This document shows positions 1-7,331 of a DNA stretch of 14,060 bases, piece by piece. The first letter of the stretch is position 1, and every line of letters begins with the position of its first letter. The DNA is from Nanobdellati archaeon (GTDB lineage: Archaea; EX4484-52; GLR71): the NCBI GenBank assembly GCA_019429125.1, contig JAHYJO010000023.1:1-14060 (forward strand), in the 5' to 3' direction. Made by a program: the position numbers and the translations under genes. Under the pieces are notes generated by a model, which saw only the letters and a program-made list of their open reading frames with translations, was not told the origin of the DNA and ran no database searches.

Positions 1-413
1 CGTTCCATATTATCTATATTTTGTAAACAATCCATATATTATAATAAAATCTACTTGAATTTTTGTTTTTCGGTTATGTAGACTATAAATATATAAAAAT
101 GTAGGAGAATTTGCTAAACAAATACGAAATATGTTATCATATTGGTTGAAAAAAATAAGACGTGAAGCTGAAAGTTTAAAAAAATTAAAGATGACTTTTA
201 ATTACATCCTTTTCTAAAATGCAGATTTATTGTAAACTTTCAATTGTCTCTAATTATTTTTGTTCATTTAGTTCTTCCTTTGTGTTATTAAGGCAGACAT
301 CTCTGTTATATTACATAAGGCAACTTCCACCTTTTCGGGTATTTGTTTTTATACCCAAAGGCTTTTGAAGTGGTCTTCAATAAGCTGTTCTTCTTCGTTC
401 TTTTTTAGTTCTT

Positions 414-518
414 CTTAAAGTTATGGTGGATATTAGAAATAAGATCTCAGATATAATTAAAAATTATGAGACTATCTATATCTTTGAAGAGTATAAGATT
501 AACTATTTGCTGTTTTAG
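414..518 (+). pseudogene. Short gene remnant, possibly the C-terminus of an Lrp/AsnC-type regulator
   Basis: Frame reads LKVMVDIRNKISDIIKNYETIYIFEEYKINYLLF* (ATG at 423), with an in-frame stop upstream at 381-383. The resemblance to C-termini of archaeal Lrp/AsnC-type regulators is from memory only. Confidence 0.25.
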
Positions 519-531
519 GTTTTTTATTTTT

Positions 532-1707
532 TTAAACATCAATTCCTAATTCTTCAGAAAGTTTTGCATAAGTTTCGGGTGATTTTGTTTTCATTATTTT
601 TAATAGCGGTATGTATTGTCTTGCTATCTTTTTTGAACAGTGGAGTGCGCCGCCGATTGCTTGCAGATTTTTGTTGTCTTTTGCACGAGAGAATTTGGTT
701 CTGCCTAAAATGGCAATCTTTGCGGGAAAATGGAATTCAAGTGGCTTGTTGTATTTTTGTGTTTTTGCGGTTGATACACCGTAGGATATGTCTGATGATT
801 GATAGACCATATACCTATAATATTGTTGCCTTATTATCCGTCCCCTGAATATGTCTGCTCTTGAAAGCATATGGTATCCTGCTGCTACATCTTCTGGTAG
901 GTCATATTGTCGTGGTAAGTTGTCGCGCACCCATTCTGATATTTCGTCAAGGTCTTTCTCGCAGGTGTCTATTGCCTCTTTTGAAATCTTGCAGTCATTT
1001 GTCTTAAATATGATTGATAACGTATCTTTTGTGTTCCTCTCGAAATTTCTGAAGTCTACAGTCTTTGCGTCGTCTGAGTTTATAGTCTTATCTTTGTCGT
1101 TAAGTGATTGAATGTCATTAATTCCTGCACGGATGTCGCCATCCGCATTTCGTGCTATAATTTTTAATGCCTTTTCATCTATGTCTATATTTTTTATAGT
1201 GCAGACATCTTTTAATGCTCTGCTTAATTCATCCATATCGACCTTTTCAAACTTGATTACTTTTGCGCACTTTTTCATAGCTTTTACTGCGTTTGTTTCT
1301 TCATCGGTTGCAGTAAAGATTACGGGGTGCTTTGATGTCTTAATGATAACTGCAAGTTCTCCAGGTGCACCTCGGTCGTATTGGCCTGAGATACCGTCAA
1401 CTTCGTCCATTAGTACTAGTTTTCCTTTAAAAAATAATGACTGTTGTTGCAGGGCGTGACCGAAAAATTGTTGCAGTTCTTTTTTGCTTCGCATGTCGCT
1501 TGCGTTTGTTTCTATTATATTAAAACCTAATTCTTTTGCGAGAAGTTCTGTGGCTGTAGTCTTTCCACATCCTGTGGGGCCAATGATTAAGACTGCTTTG
1601 TATCGTTCATTTTTGAAGTTGTGCGCCCAGACCTTTAATTGAGTTATCGCTTTTTTGTTGCCTGCAAATTGTTCAAATGTCTTTGGTTTTAGTTCAATTG
1701 CCCACAT
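532..1707 (-). CDS. rfcL: Replication factor C large subunit (clamp loader), 391 aa
   Basis: N-terminal W...KPKT box, Walker A GPTGCGKT, NASD box, Walker B LMDEVDG, GDIR, and LSRADIF..RI...QYY. True start taken as ATG 1707; the ORF-track extension to 2061 is antisense to the flavoprotein gene. Confidence 0.93.
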   Translation of the reverse strand: MWAIELKPKTFEQFAGNKKAITQLKVWAHNFKNERYKAVLIIGPTGCGKTTATELLAKELGFNIIETNASDMRSKKELQQFFGHALQQQSLFFKGKLVLMDEVDGISGQYDRGAPGELAVIIKTSKHPVIFTATDEETNAVKAMKKCAKVIKFEKVDMDELSRALKDVCTIKNIDIDEKALKIIARNADGDIRAGINDIQSLNDKDKTINSDDAKTVDFRNFERNTKDTLSIIFKTNDCKISKEAIDTCEKDLDEISEWVRDNLPRQYDLPEDVAAGYHMLSRADIFRGRIIRQQYYRYMVYQSSDISYGVSTAKTQKYNKPLEFHFPAKIAILGRTKFSRAKDNKNLQAIGGALHCSKKIARQYIPLLKIMKTKSPETYAKLSEELGIDV

Positions 1708-1732
1708 AGAATAATAATTTGTTTGGAAAATG

Positions 1733-1738
1733 TTATAA
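1733..1738 (-). promoter_or_regulatory. Candidate TATA box for a (near-)leaderless rfcL transcript
   Basis: TTATAA lies 26-31 nt upstream of the rfcL ATG, with an A-rich stretch further upstream and no RBS before the ATG. Confidence 0.45.
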
Positions 1739-1819
1739 GTATTAGTTTTTTGGTTGAGATTTGAAAGTTGAATATTATTTAGATTTATTAATCTTCTTGT
1801 GAAATTAGAGGTGGTCATA

Positions 1820-2386
1820 ATGAATATTTTAGGAATTTCTGGAAGTCCTGTTTTAGATGGAAACAATGATAAGTTGATTAGTCGTGTTATAGATACTGCA
1901 AAAGTGCGCGGGTTTGATGTTGATGTGGTGTTTATGTATTTATTAGATATTGCGCCGTGCAATGCGTGTGGTGCTTGCAGTGGTAGTGGTGCTGGTAAAT
2001 GCGCAATCAAAGATGATATGCAAAGTGTGTATGATAAACTGGTCTCGGCTGATGCAATCATTGTGTCGTCACCTGTCTATTTCGGTAATGTTAGTGCGCA
2101 GTTGAAGGCTCTCTTTGATAGAAGTGTGATGCTCAGGCGTTTTGGGTTTAAGCTTAAGGGCAAAGTTGGGGCTGCAATTGCTGTCGGCGGTTCTCGAAAT
2201 GGTGGACAGGAGAAGACGATACAGGCAATACATGACTGGATGCTTATACATGGGATGGCGGTTGTAGGTGATGGTGATCATTTCGGGGGCATTGCACAAA
2301 AACCAGTAAGTGAAGATGTTGTCGGTTTAAAGACTGTGGATAATACTATTGAAAACTTGTGTTTGTTTTTAGAGAAGTTTAAATGA
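1820..2386 (+). CDS. Iron-sulfur flavoprotein (Isf) / multimeric flavodoxin, NADPH-dependent FMN reductase fold, 188 aa
   Basis: ILGISGSP start, compact 4Fe-4S motif CX2CX2CX7C (CNACGACSGSGAGKC), SPVYFGNVSAQLKALFDR, RNGGQE. RBS GAGGTGG at 1808-1814 supports ATG 1820. Confidence 0.9.
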   Translation: MNILGISGSPVLDGNNDKLISRVIDTAKVRGFDVDVVFMYLLDIAPCNACGACSGSGAGKCAIKDDMQSVYDKLVSADAIIVSSPVYFGNVSAQLKALFDRSVMLRRFGFKLKGKVGAAIAVGGSRNGGQEKTIQAIHDWMLIHGMAVVGDGDHFGGIAQKPVSEDVVGLKTVDNTIENLCLFLEKFK

Positions 2387-2439
2387 GTTATATATAGTTT
2401 GTAGGTTTTTAAATTTAAGACTTTTTAATTTTTTTAGTA

Positions 2440-3051
2440 TTATAGTCCTATCTTTTTTGGTTGTTTTTTTGTGTGTTTGAGTATCTGTTTATAGATTGCA
2501 GTTTCAACAAATCTTTGGTATCTTTTGATTCTTGGTTCATTTGAGGAAAGGTTGCTTGTTATTTTTATGGTTTTGTTTACACCTGCATTTTTTGCGCCCA
2601 ATATGTCTGTTGAATACTGATCTCCTATGAATACCCATTTGTCTGTGTTGATGTTAAGTCTGTTTGCAGGGGTCTTAAATGCGGTTTTGAATGGTTTTAA
2701 ATTATAATTACCTATTGGGTCATAATACGGGTAAAAAATGTTGTGCGTATTATCTGTATTAGTTATATATTTACCGAAATGCGCGATTACATCATTATAC
2801 CTTTTGTGTGAGCAGTTGGTTATGTAACCTATGATGAATTCTTTTTCTCTTGCAAGTTTAAGAAAGTGTTCTGCATCTTTTGTAATCTCAATTCCGTGAT
2901 ATGTTGTTATTGTGCCATCGATATCTAGCATTATTGCTTTTATGTCTGAGTCTTTGAGGTAATCAAGAAATGATTCTGTCAGTTCATTGAAGTTTTCAAT
3001 CTCATAGTCTGGGATATAATTGTTCATAAAGGATTTTAATATGGGAATCAT
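2440..3051 (-). CDS. YqeG-like HAD-IIIA phosphatase, 203 aa from the junction-proximal ATG (alternative in-frame starts at 3111, 3171, 3231)
   Basis: HAD motif I LDIDGT, motif II ITN, motif III KP, motif IV IGDQYSTDILGA. Confidence 0.85.
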   Translation of the reverse strand: MIPILKSFMNNYIPDYEIENFNELTESFLDYLKDSDIKAIMLDIDGTITTYHGIEITKDAEHFLKLAREKEFIIGYITNCSHKRYNDVIAHFGKYITNTDNTHNIFYPYYDPIGNYNLKPFKTAFKTPANRLNINTDKWVFIGDQYSTDILGAKNAGVNKTIKITSNLSSNEPRIKRYQRFVETAIYKQILKHTKKQPKKIGL

Positions 3052-3288
3052 CTCACTTTTGTTCGACGCTTTTTGGCTTTTTATAATGCTGATACTTGCG
3101 CCAAAAATCATCTCACTTTTGTTCGACGCTTTTTGGCTTTTTATAATGCTGATACTTGCGCCAAAAATCATCTCACTTTTGTTCGAAGCTTTTTGGCTTT
3201 TTATAATGCTGATACTTGCGCCAAAAATCATCTCACTTTTGTTCGACGCTTTTTGGCTTTTTATAATGCTGATACTTGCGCCAAAAAT
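3046..3288. repeat. Tandem direct repeat, 60-bp unit x4 plus 3-bp AAT overlap
   Basis: Unit AATCATCTCACTTTTGTTCGACGCTTTTTGGCTTTTTATAATGCTGATACTTGCGCCAAA starts at 3046, 3106, 3166 and 3226. The only difference is C>A at 3187. There are no spacers. Confidence 0.99.
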
Positions 3289-4205
3289 GCTTCCATTTGT
3301 AAATCTTCAGAGCCACCTTCAACTATCCTAAATTCATATTCGCCAAGCTTGTCTATCAACATCGCTTTCTTTTTTTCGTCAATAGGCGCGTCAAGAATTT
3401 CTTTATGGAAGGCTTTTATAACATCAATGCCTGACAGTCCGCGCTCGAGCATTAGTTCTGCTAGGATTTTTCGTGCATCAAGGAATCTCTTGTCAAGTGC
3501 GAGTGTGAGTATCTTTTTTACTTCTTCGGGCCGCATGGATGCTGCAATAGTATAGACTGCATCTTTGTCAATATTTTTAGTTGTTATTGATATTGATTGT
3601 AAGAGATTGGTTGCTTGACGCATATCGCCTGATGCGATTTCTATCAGTGCGTTCATGCCGTCGTCTTTTATGCTCAGTTCTTCTTGTTCTGCTATGTAGT
3701 TTAGTCTTTTTTTTATGTCTTTGTCTGATATCGGGCCGAAACGGAATATTGCACATCTGGATTGGATGGGTGCGATTATCTTGCTTGGGTAGTTGCAGCT
3801 TAATATGAACCGCGTCGTGTTTGAATATTTTTCCATGGTCCTTCTTAATGCCTGCTGTGCAGGTGGTGTCAATGAGTCACATTCATCTAAAAAGATTATC
3901 TTGAAATCTGATCCCAATGGTTTGACTCGCGCAAAGTTTTTTATCTTTGTTCGTACGACATCAATACCTCTCTCATCTGATGCGTTTGTTTCCATGAAGT
4001 TGTGTGACCATTGATTTCCGTAAAGTTCTTTTGCCAGGGCTATTGCTGATGTTGTCTTTCCGATACCTGCTGATCCTGCAAAAAGACAGTGAGGGAGTGA
4101 TTTTTCGGTTACGAAAGCTTTTAGCTTTTCAATTATATTTTTCTGACCGACAACATCATTAAGTGTCTGTGGTCTGTATTTTTCTGTCCAGATATCTATT
4201 GCCAT
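3261..4205 (-). CDS. rfcS: Replication factor C small subunit, 314 aa, no intein
   Basis: WTEKYRP, Walker A GSAGIGKT, NASDERGID, Walker B FLDECD, AQQALRRTME, SRC motif (IQSRC), GDMR. GGTG RBS at about 4214-4217. Confidence 0.97.
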   Translation of the reverse strand: MAIDIWTEKYRPQTLNDVVGQKNIIEKLKAFVTEKSLPHCLFAGSAGIGKTTSAIALAKELYGNQWSHNFMETNASDERGIDVVRTKIKNFARVKPLGSDFKIIFLDECDSLTPPAQQALRRTMEKYSNTTRFILSCNYPSKIIAPIQSRCAIFRFGPISDKDIKKRLNYIAEQEELSIKDDGMNALIEIASGDMRQATNLLQSISITTKNIDKDAVYTIAASMRPEEVKKILTLALDKRFLDARKILAELMLERGLSGIDVIKAFHKEILDAPIDEKKKAMLIDKLGEYEFRIVEGGSEDLQMEAFLAQVSAL

Positions 4206-4220
4206 AATAATTACACCGTA

Positions 4221-4248
4221 TTTAATCTAAATTATTTGTTTAATCTAA
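4221..4248. repeat. 10-bp direct repeat TTTAATCTAA x2 upstream of rfcS
   Basis: Copies at 4221-4230 and 4239-4248. Confidence 0.6.
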
Positions 4249-4331
4249 TTTGTCAGTTAAATATTAAAAGATGTTTTTGTTTTTTTATTATTTATCATGT
4301 GCTGTATATTGTGTCTTATACAGTTTTTTTT

Positions 4332-4588
4332 GTACTTGTTTAGCTAAATTTTGTCTTACTTGCTTACAATTTTTTTGATAGGGTCATTATTTGTTGAAAT
4401 ATTTTTAAGTTCTAATTTTCTACGTTACTTGCGGGCTATCGATTTTACAAAAAAGGAGTAAATATTTTTTAACAAAAATTAACTACACATTTTCAAGTTG
4501 TAGCTATTGATTTTATAAAAAGTATAATGTATGTAAGTTACATCATAATGGTCGTAGCATGCCGATTATTTTTTTGCTAAACAAGTAC
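4332..4588. repeat. 257-bp segment bounded by perfect 13-bp inverted repeats and flanked by T-tracts
   Basis: GTACTTGTTTAGC (4332-4344) and GCTAAACAAGTAC (4576-4588). T8 at 4324-4331 and T7 at 4589-4595. Confidence 0.75.
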
Positions 4589-4768
4589 TTTTTTTAAATA
4601 TGGGTGGGATAATGATGTTTATAACGATGACCATGATAATTATGCTTGATATTATGAGATCTGAGTGAGGTAATAGATTTGGTGTTTCAAGTTATATAGT
4701 TTTTATGGATTGTGTGGATTTTGTTTTTTGCACTAAATATTTAATATACTTTCTATCTAATGTGTTGT

Positions 4769-7312
4769 ATGGTTGATTATGATTCCCAGACTCCTATGAT
4801 GCAACAGATATTGGACATAAAGAAGAAGTATCCGGATTCTATCCTTATGACGCGCATGGGGGATTTTTATGAACTCTTTTTTGATGATGCTAAATTGGCT
4901 GCGCGTGAGCTTGATATAACTCTTACTTCGCGTGGCGGGAACCAAAGAAAGGTACCTCTTGCTGGTATTCCGTATCATGCGGCAGACATTTATATTGCGA
5001 AACTTGTGAAAAAGGGGTACAAGGTCACAATCTGTGAGCAGGTGGAAGATCCAAAGAAAGCTGTTGGTCTTGTTAAGAGGGCTGTAGTAAGGACTATTAC
5101 TCCTGGTGCTGTTGTTGATGCGAATATGCTTGATTCGGGATCTAATAATTATATATTATCTATTTTTAGATATGGTGATAGTTTTAGTATAAGTCTCGCT
5201 GACATATCGACTGGGTCGTTTATGACAACATCTTTTGAAGGTGTCGGCAAGCTTCTGTCTGAGATATCGCGTTTTTCTCCCAAAGAATGCATAATTCCTC
5301 GTACTGCACTTCTTGACAAGGCATTGATATCTGACATTAAAAACCTTGGTATCTATGTCAATCCTGTAAATGATGATGATTTTAGTCTTGATAATTCGCG
5401 CTCTGTTCTTGAGAAACATTTTAATACAAGATACCTTGAAGGGTTTGGGATAAAGGATATGCCACTTTCAATAAGATCGTCTGGTGCGCTTGTAAAATAT
5501 TTATTGGATACACAGCTTCGAGAAATGTCTCATCTAAACAAAATAAATGTATATTCAATTGATGATTATATGGTGCTTGATAGGCAGACGCAGAGAAATC
5601 TTGAGCTTTGTTCAAATATTTCTGAAGGGTCTGTTAAGGGTACGCTTTTTGAGCTTTTTGATAGGGCAAATACACCTATGGGTGCAAGAGTTGTCAAACG
5701 ATGGCTGATTCATCCGTTGATTAATGTTTCTGTGATTAAAAAACGGTATGACGGGGTATCTGAATTGACAATGAATATTATACTTCGTAAGGATTTGGTT
5801 GATCATTTTGATGATGTTTATGATATTGAAAGGATTCTGTCGAGGATAGTGTGTGGGAGTGCTAATGCGCGTGACCTTGTGGCTTTGAAGAAGTCACTTT
5901 ATGAGATTCCACATATAAAAAAGTTGTTATTGTCTTGTGGGTCTTCAATTTTGAAAGAGATATCGAGTATGGATTCACTCTCTGAAGCTTTCGGACTTAT
6001 TGATTTGTCTATAACAGATGAACCCCCGGCAACATTGAGGGATGGCGGGTTCATAAAGGATGGTTATAATGCTGAACTTGATGAATTAAGGTCTCTGTCT
6101 CGTGATGGTAAGAGCTGGATTGCAAAGATTGAAGATGTTGAACGAAAAAGAAGCGGGATAAAATCTCTTAAGATTAAGTTCAATAAAGTTTTCGGGTATT
6201 ATATTGAGGTTTCAAATTCTAATATTGGTCAAGTGCCGGAAGATTACATAAGGAAGCAGACTATTGTCAATGGGGAGCGGTTCATAACTGCTGAACTTAA
6301 GGAAAAAGAGTCGCAGATACTTGGTGCTGAGGAAAAGAGTAAGGCTATTGAAACTGAGATTTTTTCTGAAGTGTTGGTGAGACTTTTGAAATATATGGAT
6401 AAGTTCAAAGATGTGGCTGAAAAGATTGGTGTTCTTGATGCGCTGTGCTGTTTTTCTGAAGTTGCATCACAAAATAATTATGTTAGGCCTGATATAACTG
6501 ATAGTAATGTGTTAAAGATAATTGATGGTCGTCATCCAACAATTGAAAAAATGTTGACTTCTGAAAGGTTTGTGCCAAATGATACGGTGCTTGACTGTTC
6601 GGATAATATGATGGCTGTGATTACTGGGCCTAACATGGCGGGAAAATCTACGTATATGCGGCAGGTGGCATTGATTGTGCTTCTCGCTCAAGCGGGTAGT
6701 TTTGTTCCGGTTACTTCGGCGTCAATAGGTATTGTGGACAGGATATTTACTCGTGTTGGTGCACATGATGATATAGCTACTGGACAGAGCACTTTTATGG
6801 TTGAGATGAATGAGACTGCAAATATATTGAACAATGCAACCTCACGAAGTCTTGTTATACTGGATGAAATCGGGCGAGGTACAAGCACTTATGACGGGCT
6901 TTCTATTGCCTGGTCTGTTGCTGAATATATACTTACTAATATTGGTGCTAAAACACTTTTTGCTACGCATTATCATGTGATGAATAAATTAAAAGATAAT
7001 GTTTCGGGGGTTCGTAATTATCATGTGTCTGTACGTGAGGATAAAGATGATATAATATTTTTGAGAAAGATTGAGGAAGGTGGTGTTGACAAGAGTTATG
7101 GTGTTGAGGTTGCGCGTCTTGCAGGGTTGCCTTTAGAAGTTATAAACCGTGCGCGTGAGATGCAGGCATTGTTTGAAGCCGAAGATAATTACGGTGCGAT
7201 GTTTTCGCCAGTTGATAACAATACTAAGAAACTGATTGATGATTTGGGTTCTAGGGTTGATATGCCGTCAAGGGACAAAAATGGGCGCCGTCAAAAGACG
7301 TTGTTTGATTGA
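4769..7312 (+). CDS. mutS: DNA mismatch repair protein MutS (MutS1 type)
   Basis: TPMMQQ, mismatch-binding RMGDFYELF (F-x-E), FNKVFGYYIEV, Walker A GPNMAGKS, RIFTRVGA, STFMVEM, Walker B ILDEIGRGT, FATHYH, SYGVEVARLAGLP. Start is 4769 or 4760; a TATA-like TTTAATATA at 4740-4748 favours 4769. Confidence 0.97.
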   Translation: MVDYDSQTPMMQQILDIKKKYPDSILMTRMGDFYELFFDDAKLAARELDITLTSRGGNQRKVPLAGIPYHAADIYIAKLVKKGYKVTICEQVEDPKKAVGLVKRAVVRTITPGAVVDANMLDSGSNNYILSIFRYGDSFSISLADISTGSFMTTSFEGVGKLLSEISRFSPKECIIPRTALLDKALISDIKNLGIYVNPVNDDDFSLDNSRSVLEKHFNTRYLEGFGIKDMPLSIRSSGALVKYLLDTQLREMSHLNKINVYSIDDYMVLDRQTQRNLELCSNISEGSVKGTLFELFDRANTPMGARVVKRWLIHPLINVSVIKKRYDGVSELTMNIILRKDLVDHFDDVYDIERILSRIVCGSANARDLVALKKSLYEIPHIKKLLLSCGSSILKEISSMDSLSEAFGLIDLSITDEPPATLRDGGFIKDGYNAELDELRSLSRDGKSWIAKIEDVERKRSGIKSLKIKFNKVFGYYIEVSNSNIGQVPEDYIRKQTIVNGERFITAELKEKESQILGAEEKSKAIETEIFSEVLVRLLKYMDKFKDVAEKIGVLDALCCFSEVASQNNYVRPDITDSNVLKIIDGRHPTIEKMLTSERFVPNDTVLDCSDNMMAVITGPNMAGKSTYMRQVALIVLLAQAGSFVPVTSASIGIVDRIFTRVGAHDDIATGQSTFMVEMNETANILNNATSRSLVILDEIGRGTSTYDGLSIAWSVAEYILTNIGAKTLFATHYHVMNKLKDNVSGVRNYHVSVREDKDDIIFLRKIEEGGVDKSYGVEVARLAGLPLEVINRAREMQALFEAEDNYGAMFSPVDNNTKKLIDDLGSRVDMPSRDKNGRRQKTLFD

Positions 7313-7331
7313 TTAAGTGAATGTGATTGAG

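Noticed and set aside
1-35. Start of a minus-strand gene leaving the window (in-frame ATGs at 35 and 8)
   Set aside because: Plausible, but too little sequence to support a call.
1708-2061. 118-aa N-terminal extension of RFC-L in the ORF track
   Set aside because: Antisense to the isf gene and the intergenic region; RFC homology starts at MWAIELKPK (1707).
3046-3288. CRISPR array
   Set aside because: Units are head-to-tail with no unique spacers, derive from the rfcS/phosphatase junction, and no cas genes are present.
3020-3555. Plus-strand ORFs 3020-3331 (four TM-like IISLLFDAFWLFIMLILAPK repeats) and 3073-3555
   Set aside because: Antisense shadows kept open by the 60-bp periodicity; they overlap two well-supported minus-strand genes and have no RBS.
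4498-4528. Bacterial sigma70 promoter (TTGATT...TATAAT)
   Set aside because: Spacing is only 10 nt (19 nt for the weak TTGTAG alternative), and the context is archaeal.
4206-4768. Replication origin (IRs around an AT-rich core, next to rfc, with divergent genes)
   Set aside because: The IR motif does not resemble the ORB consensus, there is no orc1/cdc6 in the window, and strand skew looks the same on both sides. Not fully excluded.
4790-4880. MutS inactivation (QQI instead of the usual QQY)
   Set aside because: The F-x-E mismatch motif and all ATPase motifs are intact and the frame is uninterrupted; one substitution is not evidence of loss.
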